The notes: a model not told the origin generated them from the letters alone. DNA of 64,000 nucleotides from a bacterium (GCA_030647355.1 JAUSIS010000009.1:512-64511), one strand, 5' to 3'; positions 27,142-39,032 are shown, counted from the first letter of the stretch. Numbers and translations are program-made.

Positions 27142-28143
27142 TCATTTCAAGAGACTGCGGAGTTTTTCTAAATGGGTATCGAAATTATTTGTGTAGAATT
27201 CAAGACCGGGCAGTCCATTTATTAAAAACCGGTCGGGACGAAGATTACCTTTAATATAGTGAGCTTCCGGTATCCAAAGAGTGCAGAAGTATTTATAAAA
27301 ATATAGCAGTAAATTATCATTATATTCCTGCCTGCTTAACGGATAATTATTTTGATATTCATCAAATAAGATTTTGGCTTGACGGTAATTTTCCTCATTG
27401 AATTCATAGTGCAGGGCGACGAGATCAATTAAGCGGATGATTTCTTGAGCCCTGGGTCCTATACGGGCTTTTTCCCAATCATAGACATGAGTGACTTCGG
27501 CAGCTTTGTTGAAAAACACATTGTGTTCATGAAAATCACCATGGAGAATATGGTTTTGCTTAATATTTAAGTCGCCATACTCGATATTAACCTTTTTCGA
27601 TAGTTCTAATTTTATTTTGATGTGCTTGACTGCCGCTCTATCAAATTCGTCTTTGACTGGTTTTTTATTGATGATTGATAAATAATTTGCAGCGTCTTGA
27701 TATAATTTTTCTTTGTTCCACGCATGAAATTCACGGCTAGCGATATTGGGACAGTTGTCTTTAGTTGCCAAGTGAATTTTAGCCAGCATGGAGACGAGGG
27801 ATGATAAATGTTTTTTAGTTAATTCTCCCCGACCGGCGATTATTCCCGTGACGAAGGGAAAAAGTGTATAATATTTGCCTTGATAGAGAAAAAAGCTGTT
27901 ATTATTTTTGTCAGGGATAGGCATGATTACCGGAATGCCTGATTTTGAAAAAAAGAGTTTTACTTGATGAAGTTCTTGGAGAAGTTTTTCGTCGTCAAAG
28001 CGATATTGTTTGAGAAAGTAACGGGATTTTCCTTTGCCGATAGAAAAATTATCAGTAAGATAACCGCCTTTGACTTTTTCCCAAACGGGTGGGATTGAGA
28101 GGATGTAATTTTTATTTATATAAGCGATTATTTCGTCTGACAT
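27142..28143 (-). CDS. APH / homoserine kinase type II-like phosphotransferase
   Basis: YFLKQY, LAKIH, HGDFHEHNV, YDWE. Confidence 0.85.
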   Translation of the reverse strand: MSDEIIAYINKNYILSIPPVWEKVKGGYLTDNFSIGKGKSRYFLKQYRFDDEKLLQELHQVKLFFSKSGIPVIMPIPDKNNNSFFLYQGKYYTLFPFVTGIIAGRGELTKKHLSSLVSMLAKIHLATKDNCPNIASREFHAWNKEKLYQDAANYLSIINKKPVKDEFDRAAVKHIKIKLELSKKVNIEYGDLNIKQNHILHGDFHEHNVFFNKAAEVTHVYDWEKARIGPRAQEIIRLIDLVALHYEFNEENYRQAKILFDEYQNNYPLSRQEYNDNLLLYFYKYFCTLWIPEAHYIKGNLRPDRFLINGLPGLEFYTNNFDTHLEKLRSLLK

Positions 28144-28280
28144 GTATTAAGGATATTTTTTGATACTCATTTTGTCAAATATTGATTATTAGGGTTGAGG
28201 TTTGACGATTTTTTGATATAATGTGGCTGGCAGAATTACGGAAAATCCGAATACTATAATGGAAGGCAGGTGAAGAAAAG

Positions 28281-29102
28281 TTGGAAGTGAATAATGGTCT
28301 TCTGAAAGACAAGGTGGCTTTGGTCCTGGGCATTGCCAACGAGCGGTCTATCGGATCGGCAATCGCTCAGGCGTTCGCCCGCGAGGGGGCTCGGGTCATA
28401 GCTGCAGTTCAGACCCCGGAACTGGTAGATCGAGTCAAGAAATCTCATCCATTTCTGGAGGCACTCTGGAGTTGCGACGTTTCAATTTCAGACCAGATCG
28501 AAGCGCTTGCATCGAATCTAGCTCTGACGGTAGGAAAGGTGAACATAGTAGTTCACTCGCTTGCCTTTGCACAGCGGGAATCGCTGAAGATGCCGCTGCA
28601 CGAGATAAGCGCCGAGGTTTTACTCGAAGCTCTAAACATCTCGGCTGTGTCATTTCCTGTACTGACGGGCGAACTGCTCAGGCAGGGTGTCCTCAGCGAG
28701 GGATGCGTGCTGGAAACGCTAACCTACGCCGGCGGAGAAAGGTATGTCCCCGGGTATGCGCCGATGGGCATCTGCAAGGCGGCGCTTAACGCGTCAGTCT
28801 GGACAATGGCCAACGAGCTGGGTCCGCTTATTGGCGCCAGGGTCTATGGGATTGCCGCCGGGCCGATAAGCACTATGTCGGCGAGGGCAGTGCCTAACTT
28901 CCCCGCGTTGCTGAAGATGTTCCCGTCGCTTTGCGCTCTTAGACAGGAGCTCAAGCCGGAGCATGTGGCTAACGTGACCGTGATGTTGGCTAGCTATCTT
29001 TCGGAGGGAATGACCGGCAATATTATTGACGCCGATATGGGCTTGAGTACGAGGTTGGTGTCGGACAGTTCTCAGGCAGCCGAAGCCAAGTCGTCCGAAT
29101 AG
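28281..29102 (+). CDS. fabI: Enoyl-ACP reductase (NADH), FabI type
   Basis: VLGIANERSI, CDV, VHSLAFA, LTY.G..RYVPGY..MG.CKAAL, I.AGPI.T. Confidence 0.85.
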   Translation: MEVNNGLLKDKVALVLGIANERSIGSAIAQAFAREGARVIAAVQTPELVDRVKKSHPFLEALWSCDVSISDQIEALASNLALTVGKVNIVVHSLAFAQRESLKMPLHEISAEVLLEALNISAVSFPVLTGELLRQGVLSEGCVLETLTYAGGERYVPGYAPMGICKAALNASVWTMANELGPLIGARVYGIAAGPISTMSARAVPNFPALLKMFPSLCALRQELKPEHVANVTVMLASYLSEGMTGNIIDADMGLSTRLVSDSSQAAEAKSSE

Positions 29103-29220
29103 TTCCCAAACATAAGTGCCTCCGACTGCATATTTGCATAGGAGGCATCTTTTTATTTATTAAATAGTGCTTTAAGATTGAAAAAAGGAACGGATAATTC
29201 CGTTCCATGGATAGTGGGTC

Positions 29221-29607
29221 TTAAGTGAGCGGCTGGTTGGCCACGGAACCGGCTGACTCCAATCCGGACTCAAACTTACAGCGACACTGGTCAATGCTGA
29301 GTAGGTCGCACGCTAGCTTGTTGCAGGGCACCTTGCCACAGAGTGAGTACTCGCGGGTCCCGCTAATAGCATAGAGAATATTCGTGTTGATCCTCGTGTT
29401 GCCACCCGACATCACCCAGATGTACTTGTGGGATCCCGGCGAATCCGTTTTGTATGTGTGAACAGTTCCACATATTGAACAGACCCACGAAATCGCCGTT
29501 GGAACCTTGCTTATTACAAGGAATTTCTCCTGCCCTCCGCCACAGAATAAGCAGTCACCCCCCGGACCACGTTCGCGTAACTGACGTTTTACACCCGATG
29601 CTTTCAA
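29221..29607 (-). CDS. Cys-rich hypothetical protein (possible Zn ribbon)
   Basis: CLFC...CSICGTVH plus further Cys; TTG start after a GGAGG RBS. Confidence 0.5.
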   Translation of the reverse strand: MKASGVKRQLRERGPGGDCLFCGGGQEKFLVISKVPTAISWVCSICGTVHTYKTDSPGSHKYIWVMSGGNTRINTNILYAISGTREYSLCGKVPCNKLACDLLSIDQCRCKFESGLESAGSVANQPLT

Positions 29608-29774
29608 AAGGCATCCCTCCCAAAGACGTATTGTCGCGTGACATAGAAAGTATTATACCTGAAAATATTTATAAGGTCAACAATGCGCATTGTTTTGGAT
29701 GAGCATTTGTATTAATTTGAGAACATTTTGAGTGGCACGAGAGAGAGTATCGTTATTAAAAAGGGGTAGTATTA

Positions 29775-31163
<1,389 letters not shown>

Positions 31164-32036
31164 CTATGGATGATATGCCAGACAATCTGTGAAGCTCGCG
31201 TTGAGAGTGGCGACCTTTGATTTATGATTGCCACTTAGGTCGTTGGAGAGCAACACGGCCTTCGGAAGTTTCTGGCTAGTGCTCGCGACGTACGGGACGT
31301 AATAGAACGTTGTAGAGGTCGCCCAGACTGCCGGCATTGCGACACGCTTTACCAGCACACTCTCCTTGTCGGTGGAGAGGTTAATGATGTGGATGTCAAA
31401 TCCTTTTTCCGACCCCTTGGTAAAGAGAATGTGTTTGCCATCTGGTGAAACATCCAGGCAGCCAATCTTATCTATTGTCTTTGGCTGTCTGAAGACCTTG
31501 ATGATCTTGTTCGTGACAAGGTCGGCAATAGCAATCCTAAGCTGTGTGCCCTGACTGTTATTCAGGGCAAGAGCACATCGCTTCCCGTCAGGGAATTGAG
31601 CAATGTGACTCACAGCATCCAAGTATTTGAAGTGCATCTCATTATTGACGAAGATGATGCCACTCTCCGAGAAGGACAGTATCTGCCCAGAGGAAAGAGC
31701 GTTGGGCGATGTTCCTCTCTTTATCCACTTGGCTACCGGATACGATCTGGTGAAGTCAAGTGAATAGATCTGTGACGTATCCGTGCCGTCACCCCCATGT
31801 CCATAGCAGGAGAAGACGACAAGCGAGCCCTTTGCGGACCAGCGTAGACTACCAGGGTCTGGATACAGATCTTCCAAGGAAGAAGATTGAGATTCCTTCC
31901 CGCTTACCAAGTCCCGTACTCGCACTACCGATAGTTCGCCACCGGACTCCACATAGGCGAGTTTTCCAGCCCAAGCGATTGTTGTAACGCCCACGGCGAG
32001 CACTACGAGAATACAAACTACTAAAAACCTTTTCAT
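31164..32036 (-). CDS. Secreted TolB/PD40-like beta-propeller protein
   Basis: Signal peptide; repeated WS..G, FPDGK and SPDGK blade motifs. Confidence 0.7.
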   Translation of the reverse strand: MKRFLVVCILVVLAVGVTTIAWAGKLAYVESGGELSVVRVRDLVSGKESQSSSLEDLYPDPGSLRWSAKGSLVVFSCYGHGGDGTDTSQIYSLDFTRSYPVAKWIKRGTSPNALSSGQILSFSESGIIFVNNEMHFKYLDAVSHIAQFPDGKRCALALNNSQGTQLRIAIADLVTNKIIKVFRQPKTIDKIGCLDVSPDGKHILFTKGSEKGFDIHIINLSTDKESVLVKRVAMPAVWATSTTFYYVPYVASTSQKLPKAVLLSNDLSGNHKSKVATLNASFTDCLAYHP

Positions 32037-32168
32037 TCAAATACCTCCATACAGAATGTAGTGAGTATATTTTAGTACAAAATAAGGATAAAATCAAGTG
32101 CATTATGAAGGATTTGACAGGTGCATGTTAAGACAATATATTGAAGATGCAAGGGAACAAGGAGAATC

Positions 32169-32813
32169 GTGAAAAATCACCGAGAAAAAGGATTATTTAT
32201 AGCATTTGAAGGATTGGATGGATCCGGGTCTTCAACCCAGGTTGAGATGCTGCGAAAACGTTTAGTCAAAGAGGGTTACAAGACTTTTATTACCAAAGAA
32301 CCAACTGACAATCTGGTTGGCGGGTTAATTCGCGGCGTTTTAACAAAGCAATGGGAAATGCCGCCTGACGGTTTGCAACTTTTGTATGCAGCCGATCGTG
32401 CTCATCATTTACGTTTTAAGATAATACCGGCACTGGAAAAAAATAATATTATTATATCGGACCGATATGCGTTTTCTAGTATTGCTTTTGGCGCCTTAAG
32501 TGTTGATTTTGATTGGCTGGAAGATATTTATAAAAATTATATCTACCCGGACATTACATTTCTGGTTAAAAGTTCTCCAAAAACCTGCATTGAACGGATT
32601 GCTTCTACCAGATTGAGTTTTGAGCTTTTTGAGGAAGAGGAAAAGTTAAGGAAGATTTGGCGAAATTATGCAAAATTACTTAAGAACCCAAAAAATAAAA
32701 TGGTGGAGATCGGTGGAGAACAACCGGTGGAGAAAGTCGCTGAAGAAATATGGAGAAAAATGAAAAAGGTTTTAGCTGGTAAGTCTAAGAGTTTGGCAAA
32801 AATTAAGGATTAG
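32169..32813 (+). CDS. tmk: Thymidylate kinase
   Basis: [35 protein letters not shown]. Confidence 0.95.
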   Translation: MKNHREKGLFIAFEGLDGSGSSTQVEMLRKRLVKEGYKTFITKEPTDNLVGGLIRGVLTKQWEMPPDGLQLLYAADRAHHLRFKIIPALEKNNIIISDRYAFSSIAFGALSVDFDWLEDIYKNYIYPDITFLVKSSPKTCIERIASTRLSFELFEEEEKLRKIWRNYAKLLKNPKNKMVEIGGEQPVEKVAEEIWRKMKKVLAGKSKSLAKIKD

Positions 32814-32814
32814 T

Positions 32815-33627
32815 ATGAAAAAATATTTGGATTTATTGCAAAAAATTATGGACGAGGGGGTGGACAAAGACGACCGAACGGGTGTGGGAACAAGGAGTAT
32901 TTTTGGGCATCAAATAAGGTATGATCTTTCTGAAGGGTTTCCTATTTTAACGACAAAAAAAGTGCATTTGAAATCTATCATTTATGAGCTACTTTGGTTT
33001 TTGCGAGGAGATACTAATATTAAATATCTTAATGAGCATGGGGTAACGATATGGGACGAGTGGGCTGATGAAAAGGGCGAGCTCGGTCCCATTTATGGCA
33101 AGCAATGGCGCCGTTGGCAGGGATATAACGGGGAAAGTTTCGACCAGATTTCCGATGTAATTAATCAGCTGAAAAACAATCCCAATTCCAGGCGCATAAT
33201 TGTCAGCGGATGGAACGTGGCGGATTTGCAAGAGCTTATTAAGGGTAGAAAGAGCGCTCCCCCACCCTGCCATATGCTGTTTCACTTTTATGTGGCAAAG
33301 GGGAAACTTTCGTGTCTTTTATATCAGCGAAGCGCAGATACTTTTTTGGGAGTACCATTTAATATCGCCTCGTATTCGCTATTTACAATGATGATCGCCC
33401 AGGTCGTCGGTTTGAAGCCAGGTGAATTTATCCACACCACAGGCGATACTCATTTATATAAGAACCACTTTGAGCAGGTTGCTTTGCAGCTCAGCCGAGA
33501 GCCCAAAGAGTTGCCAACGATGAAAATAAATCCGAAAGTTAAAGATATTTTCAAGTTCAAGTTTGAGGATTTTGAATTGGTTGGGTATGATCCGTACCCC
33601 GGGATTAAGGCACCGATTGCTATTTAA
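32815..33627 (+). CDS. thyA: Thymidylate synthase
   Basis: [46 protein letters not shown]. Confidence 0.97.
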   Translation: MKKYLDLLQKIMDEGVDKDDRTGVGTRSIFGHQIRYDLSEGFPILTTKKVHLKSIIYELLWFLRGDTNIKYLNEHGVTIWDEWADEKGELGPIYGKQWRRWQGYNGESFDQISDVINQLKNNPNSRRIIVSGWNVADLQELIKGRKSAPPPCHMLFHFYVAKGKLSCLLYQRSADTFLGVPFNIASYSLFTMMIAQVVGLKPGEFIHTTGDTHLYKNHFEQVALQLSREPKELPTMKINPKVKDIFKFKFEDFELVGYDPYPGIKAPIAI

Positions 33628-33635
33628 GGAGATGA

Positions 33636-34127
33636 ATGAAGAAACCAATAATATCAATCATTGCGGCTGTTGCTGAGAATTTGGCTATTGGGAAAGATAA
33701 TCGTTTGCTTTGGAATATTCCAGAGGACCTGCAGCATTTTAAGAAAATTACCTCCGGTCATCCGGTAATTATGGGAGAGAGAACATATTATTCTATTGGC
33801 AGACCGCTGCCTAATCGAACCAATATTGTTCTGACAGATAAGAAGGATTTAGAGATTGATGGCGTCAGTATTTGCCATTCTATTGAGGAAGCAGTAGAAA
33901 TAGCGAAAAGAGCTGACAAAGAAGAGATATTTTTCATTGGCGGAGGAATGGTCTATAAACAAGCCCTGCCAATTGCTGATAAACTCTATTTGACAATAGT
34001 AGAAGGAGAATTTGAAGCAGATACATTTTTTCCGGAATATAAAAATTTGTTCAAAAAAATTATTCGCAAAACAAAGCATTCAAATGAGAAATATAATTTT
34101 AGGTTTGTGGAATTAATTAGAGAATAG
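33636..34127 (+). CDS. folA: Dihydrofolate reductase
   Basis: IG.DN.LLW.IPED..HF, VIMG.RT, RPLPNRTNIVL, IGGG.VY, ADTFFP. Confidence 0.95.
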   Translation: MKKPIISIIAAVAENLAIGKDNRLLWNIPEDLQHFKKITSGHPVIMGERTYYSIGRPLPNRTNIVLTDKKDLEIDGVSICHSIEEAVEIAKRADKEEIFFIGGGMVYKQALPIADKLYLTIVEGEFEADTFFPEYKNLFKKIIRKTKHSNEKYNFRFVELIRE

Positions 34128-34658
34128 TTACATATTGTCGTAGGTTTCCATCTCATTTGTTAGAACGACTAATGCGACGCCAGCTTGTCGAAAAATGTCG
34201 ATTGTATCTTGGGCAGCATGATAATGTTTTTCACAAACTACTCTTGTGATCCCGCAGTTGATTATTTGTTTGGCGCAGACTGAACAAGGTTCCATGCGAA
34301 CGTAGATCGTAGCACCTTCCAAAGGTATGCCTAGTTTGGCGGCTTGACAGATAGCATTTTGTTCAGCATGAATAGTTCGAACACAATGGTTGGTAATGGT
34401 CCCATCATCATGGATAGTTTTTTTGTAGAAATGACCAACATCGTCGCAATGCGGTAAGCCTTTTGGAGAGCCAACATAGCCAGTAGTCAAAATTTGTCTA
34501 TCTTTAACAATGACGCATCCAGAACGCCCTCTGTCACATGTGGCACGAGTAGCTACTATTTTTTGTATCTCTATAAAATATTCATCCCAGCTGGGACGGT
34601 TATATTTTTCTTTTTTTCCATTCTTAGCAGCGACTGGTTTGCTTTTGGCTCGAGGCAT
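34128..34658 (-). CDS. dCMP deaminase (ComEB-like)
   Basis: RPSWDEYF, RATC.R, HAEQNAI, PC..CAK. Confidence 0.9.
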   Translation of the reverse strand: MPRAKSKPVAAKNGKKEKYNRPSWDEYFIEIQKIVATRATCDRGRSGCVIVKDRQILTTGYVGSPKGLPHCDDVGHFYKKTIHDDGTITNHCVRTIHAEQNAICQAAKLGIPLEGATIYVRMEPCSVCAKQIINCGITRVVCEKHYHAAQDTIDIFRQAGVALVVLTNEMETYDNM

Positions 34659-34889
34659 AGTAAACTCCTTTGTTAGTTTTGCGATGCAGTAATAAAATCA
34701 CGTATACAATAATTACAATAGCAAAGTCAGCCAGTATTACAACATACTCATTTGCTAATATCTTTCGTATATTCATATTTAAGCCTAAAGTAATGGTTTT
34801 TTTATGAAAATGATAGATTTATCTATTTGGTTAAGATACTAGTGACTTTTAAATAGGTTAGCTGTATAATAAATTCGAAAGGAACAAAT

Positions 34890-35639
34890 ATGATATATGT
34901 ATTGATAGTTTTGTTTATTTTATTGCTTGCGGCAATAAGAATTGTTCAGCAATATGAGAAAGGCGTAGTTCTTCGGGTAGGGAGAGTTATCGGGGAAAAG
35001 CAACCGGGACTTAGATTGCTCATTCCAATCATTGATAGAATGTATAAAGTTACACTGCAGATTGTGACAATGCCCGTTCCTTCGCAAAAAATCATAACCA
35101 GAGACAATGTCTCAATTGATGTTGCGGCAGTGGCTTATTATCACGTAGTTAATGCAACAAAATCTATAGTAGCAATTCAAAATGTCTATTCGGCAGTCAA
35201 TCAGATTGCCCAGACAACGGTGAGAAATATTGTGGGGCAATTTATGCTCGACGAGGTTCTTTCCGACACGGATAAGATTAATAAAAAAATCAAAGAGATT
35301 ATTGATACTCACACTGAAGCTTGGGGTGTGCTAGTTACGACAGTCGAGATCAAGGATATTCAGTTGCCCGATACGATGCAGAGAGCAATGGCAAAACAGG
35401 CAGAGGCAGAAAGAGAAAAGCGGGCAAAGATTATTGCTGCTGAGGGAGAATTTCAGTCGGCAGATAAATTGGGCGGAGCGGCTGATATAATTGCTAAACA
35501 CCCAATTGCCCTGCAGCTCCGAAACTTACAAGTATTGTCAGAAATCGCCGTTGAGAAAAATTCGACAATTGTGTTCCCTAATTCATTTTTATCGACAGTT
35601 GACGATGTTAAAAAGTTTATGGCTTCCGAGAAAGTGTAA
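34890..35639 (+). CDS. SPFH/stomatin-like (slipin) protein
   Basis: [46 protein letters not shown]. Confidence 0.92.
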   Translation: MIYVLIVLFILLLAAIRIVQQYEKGVVLRVGRVIGEKQPGLRLLIPIIDRMYKVTLQIVTMPVPSQKIITRDNVSIDVAAVAYYHVVNATKSIVAIQNVYSAVNQIAQTTVRNIVGQFMLDEVLSDTDKINKKIKEIIDTHTEAWGVLVTTVEIKDIQLPDTMQRAMAKQAEAEREKRAKIIAAEGEFQSADKLGGAADIIAKHPIALQLRNLQVLSEIAVEKNSTIVFPNSFLSTVDDVKKFMASEKV

Positions 35640-35642
35640 ATG

Positions 35643-35708
35643 ATAAAAATACAAAAAGCGCCTAGAGAAATCCGGGCGCTTTTTGTAAAATAATCACTTG
35701 GTGGAGCT
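35643..35708 (-). repeat. Displaced copy of the tmRNA 3' end plus terminator (attR-like)
   Basis: 58 bp (35651-35708) identical to 37296-37353, 65/66 over the longer block; contains AGCTCCACCA and the AAAAAGCGCC/GGCGCTTTTT hairpin. Confidence 0.9.
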
Positions 35709-35975
35709 AGTGCAAAAGAATTGGCACTTAATTTGTGACAAAGTGAAGCACTGGAGAGAAATATTGGGTAATGATTATAATAAATGGAAGTTGTCAAATA
35801 ATAGCTCAAATATTGATTACATCCTTTAGGATAGTATCACTGTAATACACACTACTTGATTTTTTACCCTTGTTAGTATAGCATGCAGGTGTATAGATAA
35901 TAATATTGATATAGATAGTAAGTTAATAAGCGTTTAATTTTTCTCCTATTTAGGGGACGAGAAAGGAGCACTAGA

Positions 35976-36551
35976 ATGGAACCAAAAGAGAATAAGCGTA
36001 GAATGTCAACGGGTAAAAAATTCGGTCTAGGTTGTTTGGGGCTAATCGTTTTGATTATAATTATTTCAATTGCATCAAATAGTGGAAAAAATGACACTAG
36101 AAAGGTTGGTGATTCACCAACTGCTAGTACAACAAGTACAAGCAATGATAATAAGATTTATAAGGTTGGGGATAGCGTCCAATTGGGAAAAGCAATTGTA
36201 ACTGTAAATAAAGTTGAATCATCAACAGGGAGTACCTATACAAAGCCAGCAAGTGGGAATAAATGGATAAACTTAAATATCACTGTTGAAAATACAGATT
36301 CTTCTCAACAATATCTTACGACAATGGGGCAAATGTTCGTTAAGGATAGCGATGGCAATAGTTTTCAAGTTGCAGTAACCGATAAAGTTATGGAAAGTGT
36401 AAATAATTCACTTGACGGAACTATTATCGCAAAGAGCAAGAGAACTGGTTGGGTCGGATTTGAGGTAAAGAATGAATCGAAAGGTTTGCAGTTCCAATAT
36501 AATGCCTCTATGTGGGGTAGTGGTACTATTACCGTTGACCTAGGACAATAA
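35976..36551 (+). CDS. DUF4352-like membrane-anchored Ig-fold protein
   Basis: TM helix, Ser/Thr linker, YKVGD.V......VTVNKV...P..GN.W....ITVEN...KD.DG...GWVGFEV. Confidence 0.8.
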   Translation: MEPKENKRRMSTGKKFGLGCLGLIVLIIIISIASNSGKNDTRKVGDSPTASTTSTSNDNKIYKVGDSVQLGKAIVTVNKVESSTGSTYTKPASGNKWINLNITVENTDSSQQYLTTMGQMFVKDSDGNSFQVAVTDKVMESVNNSLDGTIIAKSKRTGWVGFEVKNESKGLQFQYNASMWGSGTITVDLGQ

Positions 36552-36782
36552 GCAATCATAGTTCTTAACTAATACTCAATTAAGCAGAAAACCCTTGAGT
36601 AAAAATCGAGGGTTTTCTGTATTACATTGATCAAATACTGGCCCTAACGGGCTCTTGAGAATAGAAGCGAATCATGCCCGATTTGACAAAAAATGGTTAT
36701 ATAGGATAAAATAAAAACGCTTTAAGCATTTTTTTGTTTGGTACATACTTCCAATAATTCTGGAATTTTATATAATGAACAA

Positions 36783-37272
36783 ATGATGATTAGTTTTCAA
36801 CCTATAATCAGAGCTTGCCGCGAAACAGATATAAAACTGTTGGAAAAGTATTTTTCTGGTGATGAGGAGAACCACCGGGCAAGATTAGATAGACAAAAGA
36901 AGGGTCTAAGTATTTATTTGATAGCTCTTATAGATAGTAGGCCTGTGGGTCATTTAGATATTAGATGGCAAGGGTGCAAAAATGAAAAAGTTAAGAATTT
37001 TGTGGGTGAATGTCCAGAACTGAGCGCTATTGCAGTTCGTCCAAATTTTCGTTCGAAAGGTATTGGAACAAATTTGGTTAAATCTGCAGAAAAAATAGTT
37101 GCCAATGAAAGGTTCGAACAAGTCGGAATAGGGGTTGGAATTGAAAACGAGAGAGCAAAAAAATTATATGAAAGATTGGGGACAAGGTATTTATATCGAC
37201 GCCTGGACTAAAGAGTCAGGTGAAAAAGTTCGTGATGAAGCAATATTTCTTATAAAAAAATTTAACTTATAA
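36783..37272 (+). pseudogene. GNAT N-acetyltransferase, frameshifted near the 3' end
   Basis: V.P.FRSKGIGT.L and N.RA.KLYERLG motifs; the plausible C-terminus DWGQGIYIDAWTKESGEKVRDEAIFLIKKFNL* lies in another frame (37174-37272). Confidence 0.7.
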
Positions 37273-37287
37273 CAACTAAAATGAGTT

Positions 37288-37353
37288 ATAAAAACACAAA
37301 AAGCGCCTAGAGAAATCCGGGCGCTTTTTGTAAAATAATCACTTGGTGGAGCT
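37288..37353 (-). repeat. tmRNA 3' end plus terminator (attL-like copy)
   Basis: Second copy of the 35643-35708 block. Confidence 0.9.
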
Positions 37354-37724
37354 GGGGAGAATCGCACTCCCGTCCAGAAATTTTTCAACGTATCATCTAC
37401 AAGCTTAGTTTGTTCTTCATCTTTAGTACAATCTCTAGAACAAACGGAACAATTGCACTGCAGTCTCATAGAGACTTAGACTAACGCGAGACTTAATTAG
37501 TTTGCAATCCGATTTTTTGGCGTTCTGTCTAGTGCCTTCGGCATCGAGTCACTAGGGAACGGCTTTCGGTTTTAGGCGAAAGCTGGCGCAAAAGTCATGC
37601 CAGCAAAAGCTGTCTTGACTCTGCTAATAAATGTATTGGCACTTATTGTTGTGTTTAATTCGTATCGTGAATTTGACGACTTGCAGATACTGTCTTCCAA
37701 CCCCTGTCGAACTATAACAGCCCC
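37344..37724 (-). ncRNA. ssrA: tmRNA
   Basis: 5' GGGGCTG...TTCGAC; 3' GACGGGAGTGCGATTCTCCCCAGCTCCACCA; tag ORF 37640-37572 after ATAAGT encodes ANTFISRVKTAFAGMTFAPAFA*; TTGACA-17-TATATT promoter upstream; smpB is in the window. Confidence 0.95.
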
Positions 37725-37876
37725 ATTAAATGATCATTATTAGATTGGTATGTTAAGGTATAAATCATGTCTTAATATAGCACATTTTAGCGGTTTTGTC
37801 AATTGTAATGATAGTATTGAAAACTCAATTTATTATCATTATAATATTAATAAGATCTATAAAAAGAAAGGGAGAA

Positions 37877-38083
37877 ATGGTTAAATGCGCAGTGTGCGAG
37901 AGTTCGGTTGAGGAAGACGATCTTCCTATCTTCAGTGAATATGGCGGTAGACAATATTACTTTTGCTCGGTTGGATGTCGAGAAGAATTTGAGTATGATC
38001 AGGAGAAATATTTAAAAAATTTGGATAAAGAAGAAAATAGCCGAGAAGTCGCTACAGACGATGGAGCGGGTAATCTAGGATAA
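37877..38083 (+). CDS. YHS/TRASH domain protein
   Basis: C.VC...V......SEY.G.QYYFCS.GC.EEF..D.EKY; GGGAG RBS. Confidence 0.8.
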   Translation: MVKCAVCESSVEEDDLPIFSEYGGRQYYFCSVGCREEFEYDQEKYLKNLDKEENSREVATDDGAGNLG

Positions 38084-38099
38084 TAAGTTCGGGACGGTT

Positions 38100-38240
38100 A
38101 TGCGGAAACACAGGCACAATTTAATATATATTTTATTAATATTACTTATTATTGCCCTGGTTGGACTTTTTAGTGCAAGTAACGGAAAGAAGATAGGTAA
38201 ATCAGGTAAGAAAGTGAGTGGTTTTAGTATTGAAAGATAG
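38100..38240 (+). CDS. 46-aa single-TM peptide, absent from the ORF track
   Basis: MRKHRHNLIYILLILLIIALVGLFSASNGKKIGKSGKKVSGFSIER*; weak RBS. Confidence 0.4.
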   Translation: MRKHRHNLIYILLILLIIALVGLFSASNGKKIGKSGKKVSGFSIER

Positions 38241-38299
38241 TAAAACTAAAATCAGAGTTCAAATTTCGATCTATTAGATCGGTTTTATTAGAATCTCTC

Positions 38300-38330
38300 T
38301 TGACATAATGTAAAGAAAACTTTACATTAT
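38300..38330 (+). promoter_or_regulatory. Promoter with a perfect 11-bp inverted-repeat operator
   Basis: TTGACA 38300-38305, TACATT 38323-38328; ATAATGTAAAG-aaaa-CTTTACATTAT 38305-38330. Confidence 0.8.
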
Positions 38331-38345
38331 TTATGCGGAGAGAGA

Positions 38346-39029
38346 ATGAAAGAGATTGAAATAAGACTTAGAGATTTGAGGAAAGAGCACAATTTGAGCC
38401 AGGAAGAGTTGGCATCAAATCTTGGTGTTTCAAGGCAGTCAATAATTTCTTTGGAGCGAGGAGAATATTTACCATCATTACCATTAATTATTGATCTGGT
38501 TAAATTTTTTGAAATCCCTTTTGACGAAATTGTCTGTTGCGAAGGGATTAGAATCGAGAAAGGAGGTGAGATAGAGATGGCAAGAGAAATTACTCCATGG
38601 TCACCTTTTAGAGAGGTGAATAGTCTTCATGATGCAATCGACCGAATGTTTGACGATACTCTAGCTACTTCGCGCATATCACCTATGCCAGCGGTGACTC
38701 CCCCTTCTATCAACCTGAGAGAAACCGATAAATCTATTATTGCCGAGGTAGAATTGCCCGGGGTTAAAGACGAGGATATTGATGTTGAGATATCAGAAGA
38801 CTCGATCACCATCACAGGAGAAAAGAAAACCGAACAAGAAATAAAAGAAAAGGATTATTATCGCAAAGAATTCAGTTATGGATCTTTCGCTAGAACTATC
38901 CCTTTACCTGTTGTGGTAATTTCTGATAAGGCGGAAGCAAAGTTGAAAGAGGGCGTACTGACAGTAGAGGTGCCCAAGGCGGAGGCGCCAAAGGCAAAAG
39001 CGAAGAAGATACAGATTAAGAGGCAGTAA
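38346..39029 (+). CDS. XRE-family HTH regulator fused to an Hsp20/alpha-crystallin domain
   Basis: Residues 1-70 LRDLRKEHNLSQEELA..LGVSRQSIISLERG.Y.PSL; residues 78-227 PWSPFRE...DRMF...ELPGV..EDI.V...E.SYGSF.R.I.LP...A.LKEGVL.V.VPK. Confidence 0.9.
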   Translation: MKEIEIRLRDLRKEHNLSQEELASNLGVSRQSIISLERGEYLPSLPLIIDLVKFFEIPFDEIVCCEGIRIEKGGEIEMAREITPWSPFREVNSLHDAIDRMFDDTLATSRISPMPAVTPPSINLRETDKSIIAEVELPGVKDEDIDVEISEDSITITGEKKTEQEIKEKDYYRKEFSYGSFARTIPLPVVVISDKAEAKLKEGVLTVEVPKAEAPKAKAKKIQIKRQ

Positions 39030-39032
39030 AAC

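Larger units (their letters stand above)
35643..37353. mobile_element. Integrase-less mini-island or remnant at the tmRNA 3' end
   Basis: Two cargo genes bracketed by direct repeats 1645 bp apart that include the tmRNA terminus. Confidence 0.7.

Noticed and set aside
35453-37469. Track ORFs 35453-35809 and 37191-37469 sharing PPSDYFTKSARISLGAFC
   Set aside because: The shared peptide is just the translation of the tmRNA-end direct repeat, not a protein family.
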